The position numbers were made by a program, and so were the translations under genes. From an uncultured Rhodobacteraceae bacterium (lineage in GTDB: Bacteria > Pseudomonadota > Alphaproteobacteria > Rhodobacterales > Rhodobacteraceae): a DNA stretch of 64,000 bases. The notes under the pieces are model-generated. The model worked only from the letters and a program-made list of their open reading frames with translations. It was not told where the DNA came from and did no database searches. Location: contig CALILP010000038.1 of NCBI GenBank assembly GCA_938016515.1, forward strand, positions 1,930 through 65,929, given 5' to 3'. Below are positions 27,570-37,774 of this stretch, one piece after another; position 1 is the stretch's first letter, and every line of letters starts with the position of its first letter.

Positions 27570-28028
27570 ATGAAGTTGAGCACCAAAGGGCGTTACGCCG
27601 TTGTGGCACTCGCTGATCTGGCTTTGCAGAAGGACGGCGCATTGATGAATCTGACCGAGATTTCAAAGCGTCAGGACATCTCGCTGGCCTATCTGGAGCA
27701 GCTTTTTGTGAAACTGCGCCGCGCGGGGCTGGTCGAGTCGATGCGCGGTCCCGGTGGCGGTTATCGGCTGGCCCGCCCTGCGTCTGACATTCGTGTTGTG
27801 GATATCTTGAGTGCTGTTGATGAGACCGTGAGTGCGATGCACAAAGGTGCTGGCGCCTCTGGCGCTGAGTCTGGCAGCCGCGCTCAGTCTTTGACGAACC
27901 GGTTGTGGGAGGGGTTGAGCGCCCATGTCTATGTTTTTCTGCACCAGTCCCGGTTGTCGGATGTGGTGGGGAACGGGCTGGCGCCCTGTCCGGCCGTGCC
28001 AGCGTTGTTTGAAGTTGTAGATGAGTAG
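27570..28028 (+). CDS. iscR: Rrf2-family Fe-S cluster regulator
   Basis: Motifs MKLSTKGRYA, YLEQLFVKLR, RGPGGGY; first gene of the isc/suf operon. Confidence 0.9.
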   Translation: MKLSTKGRYAVVALADLALQKDGALMNLTEISKRQDISLAYLEQLFVKLRRAGLVESMRGPGGGYRLARPASDIRVVDILSAVDETVSAMHKGAGASGAESGSRAQSLTNRLWEGLSAHVYVFLHQSRLSDVVGNGLAPCPAVPALFEVVDE

Positions 28029-28115
28029 TGTCGTCGCATATTTCCTTGCGGAAAATGGGGTAGCCTTGCTACCGCACCCGCGCGGTATTTTTGACCAAAA
28101 GAAGCTGGGCGCGTG

Positions 28116-29156
28116 ATGAGCCGTGTCTATCTGGATCATAACGCGACGACGCCAGTGCGGGCAGAGGCGTGTGCGGCGATGATTGCCGCAATGGATATCG
28201 TGGGCAATCCCTCTTCCGTGCATGCAGAGGGCCGTGCTGCGAAGCGGCTTTTGGAAGGGTGCCGTGCGGATTTGGCCGAGGCACTTGGGGCTGCGAGCGC
28301 GGATATTGTGTTCACGTCTGGCGCCACAGAGGCGGCAGCACTTGCTTTGGCGGGTAAGGGATACCTGGCCTCTGGACTAGAGCATTCTGCTGTGGCTGCT
28401 TGGGTTGATCCTGTGTTGCCGGTTGTCGATGGCGTGGTTCAGGTCGCAGAACCGGTGCGATCCGTCGTTCAACTGGCGAATTCAGAAACCGGGATAGTGC
28501 AGCCGGTCGATGGCGTGGCCGTCACCGACATCACTCAGGGGTTTGGTCGTGTGCCCTTTGCTTTTGACTGGTCCGGCGTTGGGGCTGCGATTATGTCCGC
28601 TCATAAATTTGGAGGCCCTAAGGGTGTCGGGGCCTTGATCGTTCCGCAAGGTGCTGACGTGACAGCCCAAATCAAGGGCGGTGGACAGGAGATGGGCCGC
28701 AGGTCTGGCACTGAAAACCTGATCCTGATTGCCGGATTTGCGGCTGCTGCAAAGGCCGCGCAGGCTGATTTGGCGGCCGGTCGTTGGGACCCGATTGCCA
28801 AACTTAGAAATATTCTAGAAAAGGCCATTGAGGATGCAGCACCCGGTACTATTTTTGTAGGGCAGGGATGCAATAGGCTTCCTAATACAAGTTGTTTTCT
28901 CAGCCCCGGCTGGAAGGGAGAGACGCAGGTGATGGCCATGGATTTGGCCGGTTTTGCAGTCTCGGCAGGCTCTGCCTGTTCCAGCGGCAAGGTGCGCGCC
29001 TCTGGTGTGCTGCCGGCTTTGGGGTTTGAGAGTGAAATTGCGTCTTGTTCTGTGCGCGTGTCGCTGGGACTTGAGACGACCGAAGACGAGATATTGCGCT
29101 TTGCTGATGCGTGGGCGCGTAAGAGACAAAAAATCGCAGCAATTGCTGCTGCGTGA
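28116..29156 (+). CDS. iscS: Cysteine desulfurase (IscS/NifS type)
   Basis: Motifs [35 protein letters not shown]. Confidence 0.85.
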   Translation: MSRVYLDHNATTPVRAEACAAMIAAMDIVGNPSSVHAEGRAAKRLLEGCRADLAEALGAASADIVFTSGATEAAALALAGKGYLASGLEHSAVAAWVDPVLPVVDGVVQVAEPVRSVVQLANSETGIVQPVDGVAVTDITQGFGRVPFAFDWSGVGAAIMSAHKFGGPKGVGALIVPQGADVTAQIKGGGQEMGRRSGTENLILIAGFAAAAKAAQADLAAGRWDPIAKLRNILEKAIEDAAPGTIFVGQGCNRLPNTSCFLSPGWKGETQVMAMDLAGFAVSAGSACSSGKVRASGVLPALGFESEIASCSVRVSLGLETTEDEILRFADAWARKRQKIAAIAAA

Positions 29157-29170
29157 AAGAGGGAAACACG

Positions 29171-30691
29171 ATGACTGCATTAGACGAAGTTCAAGTGAAA
29201 GACGGCGTTGATCAGGATACCGTTGATGCTGTGTCTGCCCTGTCGGGGACGTATAAGCACGGCTGGAACACCGAGATCGAAATGGAGTACGCACCCAAGG
29301 GCGTGAATACCGATATCGTCAAGCTGATCTCGTCCAAGAACAAAGAGCCGCAGTGGATGACTGACTGGCGTTTGTCTGCCTTCGCCCGCTGGGAACAGAT
29401 TGAAGAGCCTACATGGGCAATGGTCAACTACCCTGAAATCGATTTCCAGGACATCTATTACTATGCCCGTCCAAAAAGCATGGAAGAGAAGCCGAAGTCG
29501 CTGGATGATGTCGATCCCAAGTTGCTGGAGACCTATAAGAAGCTGGGCATTCCGCTGAAGGAACAGGCGATCCTCGCTGGCGTCGAGGGCGCAGAAATGC
29601 CCGAAGAAGGCCGTAAGGTTGCTGTGGATGCGGTGTTTGATTCCGTTTCTGTGGGGACAACCTTTCAGGCTGAACTCGCCAAGGCTGGTGTGATCTTTTG
29701 TTCAATTTCTGAGGCGATTGAGAACCATCCTGAACTCGTGAAGAAGTATCTGGGCACTGTGGTGCCGCCATCCGACAACTTCTATGCGACATTGAACTCT
29801 GCTGTGTTTTCGGACGGGTCGTTTGTTTACATCCCACCCGGTGTCCGCTGCCCGATGGAATTGTCCACCTATTTCCGGATCAATGCCGAGAATACAGGGC
29901 AGTTTGAGCGCACGTTGATCATCGCCGACAAAGGCTCTTACGTCTCCTATCTTGAGGGCTGTACAGCGCCGAAGCGTGACACCGCCCAGCTGCATGCCGC
30001 AGTTGTCGAAATCATCGTCGAGGAAGACGCTGAGGTGAAATATTCGACCGTTCAGAACTGGTATCCCGGTGATGAGAACGGCGTGGGCGGTATTTATAAC
30101 TTCGTCACGAAGCGTGCCGATTGCCGGGGTGACAGGGCCAAGGTGATGTGGACCCAAGTTGAAACAGGCTCTGCCGTGACGTGGAAGTATCCAAGCTGCA
30201 TTTTGCGCGGCGACGATTCACAGGGTGAATTCTATTCCATTGCTATCGCCAACAACCATCAGCAGGCTGATACCGGCACCAAGATGGTCCACTTGGGTAA
30301 GAACACCAAGTCGCGGATCGTCTCGAAGGGGATTTCAGCGGGTGTGGCCCAGAACACCTATCGTGGCCTTGTGTCGATGCACCCCAAAGCCAAGGACAGC
30401 CGAAACTACACCCAGTGCGACAGTTTGCTGATCGGTGATAAGTGTGGTGCCCACACCGTGCCTTATATCGAGGTGAAGAATAACTCGTCGCGTGTTGAGC
30501 ATGAGGCGACCACATCCAAGGTTGACGACGACCAGCTGTTCTATTGCCGGTCGCGTGGCATGGACGAGGAAGAGGCCGTTGCCTTGGTGGTTAATGGTTT
30601 CTGTAAGGAAGTCCTGCAGGCCTTGCCAATGGAATTTGCGATGGAAGCACAAGCGCTTGTGGCCATCTCGCTTGAAGGTTCCGTGGGGTAA
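29171..30691 (+). CDS. sufB: Fe-S assembly scaffold
   Basis: Motifs [41 protein letters not shown]. Confidence 0.97.
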   Translation: MTALDEVQVKDGVDQDTVDAVSALSGTYKHGWNTEIEMEYAPKGVNTDIVKLISSKNKEPQWMTDWRLSAFARWEQIEEPTWAMVNYPEIDFQDIYYYARPKSMEEKPKSLDDVDPKLLETYKKLGIPLKEQAILAGVEGAEMPEEGRKVAVDAVFDSVSVGTTFQAELAKAGVIFCSISEAIENHPELVKKYLGTVVPPSDNFYATLNSAVFSDGSFVYIPPGVRCPMELSTYFRINAENTGQFERTLIIADKGSYVSYLEGCTAPKRDTAQLHAAVVEIIVEEDAEVKYSTVQNWYPGDENGVGGIYNFVTKRADCRGDRAKVMWTQVETGSAVTWKYPSCILRGDDSQGEFYSIAIANNHQQADTGTKMVHLGKNTKSRIVSKGISAGVAQNTYRGLVSMHPKAKDSRNYTQCDSLLIGDKCGAHTVPYIEVKNNSSRVEHEATTSKVDDDQLFYCRSRGMDEEEAVALVVNGFCKEVLQALPMEFAMEAQALVAISLEGSVG

Positions 30692-30805
30692 TCCGCATGC
30701 AATCGCCCCTGTCTTTCCCGGAAGCGGCCTTGCCGTCGCCGCTATTTCGCCCCAGTTGGTGCCTACCAACGGTGGTGTTACAGTGGTTGACAGAAAGACA
30801 CCAAA

Positions 30806-31315
30806 ATGCACTCGCCGCAGCAGATGGATACCTTCAAGTCCCGGATCAAGCGCATCGAGGACCCGCGCTACACCCACTATGTGGATCCGGAAAACGGTAT
30901 GAAAGTGCCGCGCCGCGTCAGCCGCAACGAAATACGCGGCAAAGCGACCAGCTCCGGCGGGATATTGTTCATGGCAGCGCTTCTTGGCGCTTTGTGCCTG
31001 ATGGTGGCGCGTTACCTGCGCATGGAAATCATCAACGTACAGCCGTATTTTCCCGATGGACTGATCGCCGAGATGTCGATGGCCTGCATGGCCGCGGTCG
31101 TGATCGGCGGGTTCGTTCGGATGCAGTCCATTCGCACCACGATCGCGCAATTTGTGGGCGCGCTGGTGTGCGCTTTCACGATGCACAACGTCGTGTGGCT
31201 GGCACCCGATCAGTTCGCAGCGATCTTTTCGCAAGGCTATGTCGATCAGATTTTGGCCCTGACCGATCCGCTGTCGATCTACCTGAACGGCACCAGCTTC
31301 ACGCTGAACGTCTAA
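30806..31315 (+). CDS. Hypothetical membrane protein (about 3 TM segments)
   Basis: Clean 169-aa ORF filling the sufB-sufC gap on the operon strand; hydrophobic segments. Confidence 0.65.
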   Translation: MHSPQQMDTFKSRIKRIEDPRYTHYVDPENGMKVPRRVSRNEIRGKATSSGGILFMAALLGALCLMVARYLRMEIINVQPYFPDGLIAEMSMACMAAVVIGGFVRMQSIRTTIAQFVGALVCAFTMHNVVWLAPDQFAAIFSQGYVDQILALTDPLSIYLNGTSFTLNV

Positions 31316-31426
31316 CTTCGGGCGCGGCTGCGCCCATCCCCAACAATTCATTTGCTATTGCCGCGCAGGGTTTCGCCTTGACGCGGCTTCACTACGTTGT
31401 GGCCACTGTTGCCCGTCAAGGAGACT

Positions 31427-32185
31427 ATGATGCTTGAGATCAAAAACCTGCACGTCAAACTGGAAGAAGAGGACAAGCAGATCCTGAAGGGTGTGAACCT
31501 TGAGATCGGAGCTGGCCAAGTTCACGCAATTATGGGCCCGAATGGATCGGGTAAATCTACTTTGTCTTATGTTCTGTCTGGAAAAGACGGGTACGAGGTC
31601 ACAGATGGATCTGCAGCTTTGGCGGGTGAGGATCTGCTGGACATGGAACCCGAAGAACGTGCGGCAGAGGGCTTGTTCCTCGCATTTCAGTATCCTGTTG
31701 AAATTCCGGGCGTCGGGAACATGACTTTCCTTCGAACGGCTGTAAATGCACAGCGCAAGGCTCGCGGTGAAGAGGAACTGTCCGCAGGCGATTTCCTGAA
31801 AGAAGTGCGTGCCCGTGCAAAGGCCCTTAGGATTGATGCTGACATGCTCAAGCGGCCCGTCAACGTCGGCTTTTCCGGTGGTGAGAAAAAGCGGAACGAG
31901 ATTCTGCAGATGGCCATGCTGGAACCCAAGATGTGTGTGCTGGACGAAACAGACTCGGGTCTTGATGTCGACGCGATGAAGCTGGTGTCTGAGGGTGTTA
32001 ACGCTTTGCGCTCAGAGGGGCGGTCGTTCCTTGTGATCACCCATTACCAGCGTCTGTTGGATCACATTAAGCCCGATGTCGTGCACATCATGGCTGACGG
32101 CAAGATTGTCAAAACTGGCGGTCCCGAACTGGCGTTGGAAGTCGAAAACAATGGCTACGGCGACATTCTGGGGGAGATGGCCTAA
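31427..32185 (+). CDS. sufC: Fe-S assembly ATPase
   Basis: Motifs GPNGSGKST, FQYPVEIPGV, FSGGEKKR, LDETDSGLD; AAGGAG RBS. Confidence 0.97.
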   Translation: MMLEIKNLHVKLEEEDKQILKGVNLEIGAGQVHAIMGPNGSGKSTLSYVLSGKDGYEVTDGSAALAGEDLLDMEPEERAAEGLFLAFQYPVEIPGVGNMTFLRTAVNAQRKARGEEELSAGDFLKEVRARAKALRIDADMLKRPVNVGFSGGEKKRNEILQMAMLEPKMCVLDETDSGLDVDAMKLVSEGVNALRSEGRSFLVITHYQRLLDHIKPDVVHIMADGKIVKTGGPELALEVENNGYGDILGEMA

Positions 32186-33471
32186 TGGCGCTGCCTGAAC
32201 TGAAGAAAGACGCGGCGACCGCGCGGCTTGATGTCTTGTCACTGCCAAGCAGTGCAGGGTGGGCCAGTGATGCGCGCCAAAGTGCGCTGGCGCGGGTGTC
32301 AAAGATGGGGCTGCCGCACAAGCGCGATGAATACTGGCGCTACACGGACCCGGTATCATTTGTGACCCCTGAACCGCCAGAGGCGGCCCTGTTTCACAAT
32401 GATGAAGGCCCTTTGTTTGCAGGTCAGGATCGGGTCAAGGTCGTCTTCGTCGATGGTGTTTTTGATGCAGCCAAGTCCGATGATCTGAAAGCTGCCGGGC
32501 TAGAGATTGAGTTGCTGTCTGATGCCTTGAATACCGATATTCATTGGGCAAAGGATGTTTACGGCGTGCTGGAAACCAACGGACAGACCCCTGTGGAACG
32601 GCCCTTGGCATCCCTGAACACTGCGTTTGCGGATGCAGGTGTTGTGATCCGGGCGACCGCAAAGGCTGAAAAGCCTGTGAACCTGATTTATCTTCACGAA
32701 GACACCACCTCTGACGCGATGATCCATAACGTGGTCAAGGTAGAAGCCGGGGCAGAAATGACACTGCTGGAAACCGGTCCAGCGGCCGCGCGGTTTTCAA
32801 AATGTCTGGAAGTGGACGTAGCCGACGGTGGCACTTTCCATCATGTTCGGGCCCAAGGTCGGGACCACGAACGCCGGGCGATCACCCATATGTTCACGCG
32901 GATCGGGACGGAATCCACCTTTAAGTCATTCACTTTGACTGCGAATGGCGTGCTGACCCGTAACGAGTGTGTCATTGAAATCGCCGGTGACAATGCTGTG
33001 GCACATGTCGCGGGTGCATGCGTCGGTGACGGGAAAGACTTCCATCACGATGATACCGTTTTCATTACCCATGACGCCGTGAATTGCGAAAGCCGTCAGG
33101 TTTTCAAGAAGGTGCTGCGTAACGGCGCCACTGGCGTGTTCCAAGGGAAAATCCTTGTGAAGGCGGGTGCTCAGAAAACTGACGGCTATCAGATCAGCCA
33201 ATCCCTGTTGCTAGATGAAGACAGCCAGTTTCTGGCAAAGCCCGAATTGGAAATCTACGCCGATGACGTGGCCTGTTCGCACGGTTCAACATCAGGTGCG
33301 ATTGACGAGGGGGCTTTGTTTTATTTGCGCTCGCGTGGGGTGCCACACAAGCAGGCGACGGATTTGTTGACGCTGGCGTTTCTGGCGGAAGCGCTGGAAG
33401 AGATCGAAGACGACGGTCTTGCGGATGATCTGCGCGCGCGGCTGGAAAGCTGGTTGGCGCGGCGCAGTTAA
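32185..33471 (+). CDS. sufD: Fe-S assembly protein
   Basis: Motifs EYWRYT, KPELEIYADDVACSHG, FYLRSRG. Confidence 0.95.
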   Translation: MALPELKKDAATARLDVLSLPSSAGWASDARQSALARVSKMGLPHKRDEYWRYTDPVSFVTPEPPEAALFHNDEGPLFAGQDRVKVVFVDGVFDAAKSDDLKAAGLEIELLSDALNTDIHWAKDVYGVLETNGQTPVERPLASLNTAFADAGVVIRATAKAEKPVNLIYLHEDTTSDAMIHNVVKVEAGAEMTLLETGPAAARFSKCLEVDVADGGTFHHVRAQGRDHERRAITHMFTRIGTESTFKSFTLTANGVLTRNECVIEIAGDNAVAHVAGACVGDGKDFHHDDTVFITHDAVNCESRQVFKKVLRNGATGVFQGKILVKAGAQKTDGYQISQSLLLDEDSQFLAKPELEIYADDVACSHGSTSGAIDEGALFYLRSRGVPHKQATDLLTLAFLAEALEEIEDDGLADDLRARLESWLARRS

Positions 33472-33987
33472 ATGGCAGTCTCGACAGACATTGTGCGCAG
33501 TTGGCGTCGCCCGCGGGTCGTCATCCGTGAAATCCTGTCTGAAGGGCAGCGTGAGGATCGTCTGATCGGGGTGGTCATGGCCGCCTGTCTTCTGATTTTC
33601 GTCGCACAATGGCCGCGCTTGGCGCGCAAGTCGCAAGGGTTCGAGTTGGCAGACGGCGCTGAAGTGCCTGAGATGAGCCAGCTTGTCGCCTATGAAATGC
33701 TCAGCTGGCTGATTGTCTGGCCCTTGCTGTTATACGCAATTGCAGCGATCACGCGCATCATTGCAAGTCTATTCCGGGGTAAGGGCACTCAATACGGCGC
33801 ACGGCTCTCGCTTTTTTGGGCGCTGCTGGCTTCGGCCCCGGTGCTGCTGCTGCACGGCCTGACGATGGGTTTCATTGGTCCGGGACCAGCTGCAAATCTG
33901 GTGGGTACGCTTTGGCTTGGCTTGTTTATGTGGATATGGAGCCAAGGGTTGTGGGTATCGGAAAGCGGGGCTGTTGATGTCACCTGA
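33472..33987 (+). CDS. YIP1-family membrane protein
   Basis: Multi-TM ORF starting immediately after the sufD stop; position typical of Rhodobacterales suf operons. Confidence 0.7.
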   Translation: MAVSTDIVRSWRRPRVVIREILSEGQREDRLIGVVMAACLLIFVAQWPRLARKSQGFELADGAEVPEMSQLVAYEMLSWLIVWPLLLYAIAAITRIIASLFRGKGTQYGARLSLFWALLASAPVLLLHGLTMGFIGPGPAANLVGTLWLGLFMWIWSQGLWVSESGAVDVT

Positions 33988-34567
33988 CTTCGGAACATTC
34001 TTGCGGCTGTTCGGTGAGACGTTGCGCGACCCAGAAGCGATGGCGCGCCAAATCGTAAAACTGCGGCTACCGCATGAATTTGGGTGGATGGCTTTGGCCA
34101 GCGTCACCGCACTGACGGTGATCGTCGTCTACCTTGAAGGTCTGCTGCCTGGGCGATCAAACGTTGGGGTGACAATTGGCGGACGACCCTTCTTTGACAT
34201 GATCTTTCTGGGATCAATGACCGTCGTTTTCATTTTCACTCTGTACTACGCGGGGCGGGCGATGGGCGGTGCAGGCACCTTTGGTGGCACGCTTTTGATC
34301 ATGACCTGGTTTCAAGCCGTCGTTTTGGTCCTCATCACAATCCAACTTATTGTCGCATTCCTGGTCCCGACCTTTGGCGGTATTGCAGCACTGATTGCTG
34401 TCGTGGTGCAGCTGTACTGCCTGATCCACTTTCTTAATGTGCTGCATGAATTCGATAGCCTGGCAAAATCTGCGGGCTTGTTCTTTTTATCGCTGATCGG
34501 CTTTGCGCTGGGTCTGGCGTTGATACTGACGGCCATCGGTGGTGCCGCGGTTGTAGGAGGGGCGTAG
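33977..34567 (+). CDS. YIP1-family membrane protein
   Basis: Start ETLRDP, about 5 TM segments, glycine motif GRAMGGAGTF. Confidence 0.7.
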   Translation: MSPDFGTFLRLFGETLRDPEAMARQIVKLRLPHEFGWMALASVTALTVIVVYLEGLLPGRSNVGVTIGGRPFFDMIFLGSMTVVFIFTLYYAGRAMGGAGTFGGTLLIMTWFQAVVLVLITIQLIVAFLVPTFGGIAALIAVVVQLYCLIHFLNVLHEFDSLAKSAGLFFLSLIGFALGLALILTAIGGAAVVGGA

Positions 34568-35791
34568 ATGGCCTTTGACGTTGAGAAAATCCGTGGTGAC
34601 TTTCCGATCTTGTCCCGACAGGTGAACGCAAAGCCGCTTGTCTATTTCGACAATGGGGCTTCGGCGCAAAAGCCGCAGGTTGTGATTGATGCGATCACGA
34701 GAGCTTACGCTGAAGAATATGCCAACGTGCATCGCGGTTTGCATTTCTTAAGTAACCTTGCGACCGAAAAGTACGAAAGCGTGCGGGGTGTGATTGCCAA
34801 GTTTCTGAATGCACCATCGGAAGATGATATCATCCTGAATTCGGGGACAACCGAAGGCATCAACATGGTGGCGTATGGGTGGGCCATGCCGCGGATGCAG
34901 GCCGGCGACGAGATTATCTTGTCGATCATGGAGCATCACGCCAATATCGTGCCCTGGCATTTCTTGCGTGAACGGCAAGGCGTAGTGATCAAATGGGTCG
35001 ATGTGGATGCCAATGGGGATCTTGACCCGCAGGCGGTGATTGATGCGATTGGGCCGAAGACCAAACTGGTCGCACTGACGCATATGTCCAATGTACTGGG
35101 CACCGTAGTTGATATTCAGTCCGTTTGTCAGGGTGCCCATGCAAAGGGTGTTCCAGTGCTGGTCGATGGGTCTCAATCAGCGGTGCATATGCCTGTCGAT
35201 GTGCAGGCGCTTGGCTGCGATTTTTTCGCGATCACAGGTCATAAGCTTTATGGGCCTAGTGGGTCTGGCGCGATTTACGTGGCCCCAGACCGGATGGCTG
35301 AGATGCAACCGTTTTTGGGCGGGGGCGACATGATCAAAGATGTGACCCGCGAGACGGTAGAATACAACGACGCTCCGATGAAGTTTGAGGCAGGCACACC
35401 CGGGATCGTGCAGACGATTGGGTTGGGCGTGGCGCTTGACTACATGATGGACATTGGCATGTCGGCGATCGAGGCGCACGAGCATAGCTTGCGCGACTAT
35501 ACCAACCAACGTTTGGCCGGCCTGAATTGGCTTCAGGTACAAGGGCAATCCGCGACGAAGGGGGCGATCTTTTCGTTCACACTGGATGGTGCGGCGCATG
35601 CGCATGATATCTCGACGGTCCTTGACAAGAAGGGCGTTGCTGTCCGTGCGGGCAGCCATTGTGCCATGCCGTTGATGGATCACATGGGCGTTCCGGCTAC
35701 CTGTCGTGCATCCTTAGGAATGTACAACACAACTGATGAGATCGACGCGTTCATCGATGCGCTGGAGTTGTGCCACGACCTGTTTGCCTAG
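34568..35791 (+). CDS. sufS: SufS-type cysteine desulfurase
   Basis: Motifs FDNGASAQKP, ANVHRG, EHHANIVPW, TGHKLYGP, RAGSHCA. Confidence 0.95.
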   Translation: MAFDVEKIRGDFPILSRQVNAKPLVYFDNGASAQKPQVVIDAITRAYAEEYANVHRGLHFLSNLATEKYESVRGVIAKFLNAPSEDDIILNSGTTEGINMVAYGWAMPRMQAGDEIILSIMEHHANIVPWHFLRERQGVVIKWVDVDANGDLDPQAVIDAIGPKTKLVALTHMSNVLGTVVDIQSVCQGAHAKGVPVLVDGSQSAVHMPVDVQALGCDFFAITGHKLYGPSGSGAIYVAPDRMAEMQPFLGGGDMIKDVTRETVEYNDAPMKFEAGTPGIVQTIGLGVALDYMMDIGMSAIEAHEHSLRDYTNQRLAGLNWLQVQGQSATKGAIFSFTLDGAAHAHDISTVLDKKGVAVRAGSHCAMPLMDHMGVPATCRASLGMYNTTDEIDAFIDALELCHDLFA

Positions 35792-35797
35792 GTCGAT

Positions 35798-35831
35798 TTT
35801 TCTGGAAGAATCATCCAAATTTTCCAGAAAA
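35798..35831. repeat. AT-rich inverted repeat after sufS
   Basis: Arms TTTTCTGGAA and TTCCAGAAAA. Confidence 0.5.
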
Positions 35832-35914
35832 TTTGCCTCTAGCCCAGCGATGCAAACTTGTTGCGTTAGGCGTTTTCCGTGTTGCGAGGCTGTGGGCAGG
35901 GTGCTAGGTCATCG

Positions 35915-35996
<82 letters not shown>

Positions 35997-36008
35997 TTTT
36001 CTACGACT

Positions 36009-36743
36009 TTATGGCCGAATGAGACGCGCTTCGTATGGTTTGACCTCTGGGCGAACCTTCGGGCCATACGATGCCGGCTGCGCCCCAACGTCGGGAAAAA
36101 GGTCAAGTAACGTGCTGCGAACGTCGTCGTTGAGGCCGTCAAGCGACATGCTGTCCGGATGGAAGCTTTCAGACGCGATCCCATGTGCCATGATGATTTC
36201 GTGGTGATCGAAAGCAAGATGGATGTAGGTGACCTTGCCGCCAATGACTTGTTTGATGTCGCGGTCATTGATTAAGTGCCGCGCTGGCGCCAACACCTCT
36301 TTTGTGCCCGCGATTGTTGCGCACCGCCACCCTGTCAAAAGGACGCGATGTTGTGGCGATACCTGCAAGGGCACAGTGTTTCCAAGTGCGCCAACTGAAA
36401 ACGCGATGGGTGCCGTGTGAGGTGTCGCATCAACCTGTGACTTGCCGATCCAGCGGATGATCTGTGCGCCGTGATCGCGGGTCATGACGGGGTCACCGAC
36501 TGAAAGCGCGTCGATAGGCACTTCGCCGGACGGTGTGCGGATTAAGGTATCCGCAACGAAGCACGTCACATCGGATATGCTGGTAAAATCGAAGGTTTGG
36601 TGATGCGAACGAGGCTGGATTTTTGCCGTTCGGACATTTGGTTTGCTGTCACAGTGACCAATCCAATCGAATGGATCGGGCCCGTCAGAGCGTCTGCTTT
36701 CGGAAAGACGTCCGACTTCGGGCGTGGTGGCAAATCTGAACAT
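36009..36743 (-). CDS. Hint (hedgehog/intein-like, Hint_2 type) domain protein
   Basis: TCFVADTLIRTPSG, VGDPVMTRDHG, IRWIG, VSPQHRVL, YIHLAFDHHEII, GIASESF; start uncertain. Confidence 0.8.
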   Translation of the reverse strand: MFRFATTPEVGRLSESRRSDGPDPFDWIGHCDSKPNVRTAKIQPRSHHQTFDFTSISDVTCFVADTLIRTPSGEVPIDALSVGDPVMTRDHGAQIIRWIGKSQVDATPHTAPIAFSVGALGNTVPLQVSPQHRVLLTGWRCATIAGTKEVLAPARHLINDRDIKQVIGGKVTYIHLAFDHHEIIMAHGIASESFHPDSMSLDGLNDDVRSTLLDLFPDVGAQPASYGPKVRPEVKPYEARLIRP

Positions 36744-36887
36744 GGCGAACTCGGCAACAAACACTGAACCGCTTAAGCGTTGCACAGGTGATGCAACCGT
36801 CAAAGCAAATTGTCTGTTACCGCAGTTTGCTGTCTCAGATTTGGAAACGACCGACGTTAAGATCACGCCATTGTTTCAAAAATGAAA

Positions 36888-37457
36888 TCAACCGCCCCAA
36901 GAGCGCACAGGGCCGCAATCCATATGCACAAAGTTGGAACCAGAGTATCGGCCGACGCCGCCAGCAGCACATGATCGTGCAGCGCGCGCCATTTGCGCCG
37001 TTGTCCGGCTTTCCAACCGAAGATCAGCGGCCTGACCCTTCATGTGCAAAGAGTTGCGCGCGACACCCGAAGACCGGCTGCGCAGCATTGCGTTTGTTTC
37101 TGGTGACCGGTAGCCCGACAACAGCATGTAAGGCTCGCTAGCGTCGAGAAGGCGTAGTGATGCTGCCATGATATCAACGTTACGCACGTCGATATTGATG
37201 GCCTTGCCATTGCGCCAGTCACGCATGAAGACGTTTATTTCATGCAATGCTTCGCCAACGTAGCCGCCATCAATCCAGTAGATTGTGTCGATCCGCTCGC
37301 CTGTCCGGCCGCTGTACATTTTGAGGCGGCGGACGTCGCCACCCCCACGTAGAAAGCCTGCTGCATTGGAATAAGAAGGGGCTGCTGCCACCGCGGTTGC
37401 TGCAAATGCCGTAAGTACGCCGCGTCGGGTCAGGCCCGAAGAAGGTGATTTCGTCAT
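36888..37457 (-). CDS. YcbK/MepK-like (DUF882, M15) peptidoglycan endopeptidase, Tat-exported
   Basis: Tat motif LTRRGVL; motifs SGYRSP, SLHMKGQAAD, FVHMD. Confidence 0.9.
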   Translation of the reverse strand: MTKSPSSGLTRRGVLTAFAATAVAAAPSYSNAAGFLRGGGDVRRLKMYSGRTGERIDTIYWIDGGYVGEALHEINVFMRDWRNGKAINIDVRNVDIMAASLRLLDASEPYMLLSGYRSPETNAMLRSRSSGVARNSLHMKGQAADLRLESRTTAQMARAARSCAAGGVGRYSGSNFVHMDCGPVRSWGG

Positions 37458-37774
37458 GATATTGCGCTGTCCCGTCGCTCGATTGGGCGGTGTGTTCACC
37501 GCGTGCACTTAGTCCCCAGGTGCAGCTACACGTTCTCACATATCCACATGGGTGCCAAGGGCTGCACCCCTTCATTTCATGGGGTATGGCCTAGATCGGC
37601 GAAAATCGGCTCACACTGCAATCTGTTGCGGAACCGCATGCAACTGTCACAATAACGCCACAGATATCAGGGGCAGGTTGGTCTGACAAAACGGTTATTA
37701 GACAGTCGACACAGGCTATGATGAAAACAAATCATGTTCGGGCGCGCTGCCAGCGCCTTTTGTCTGGGGAAGAC

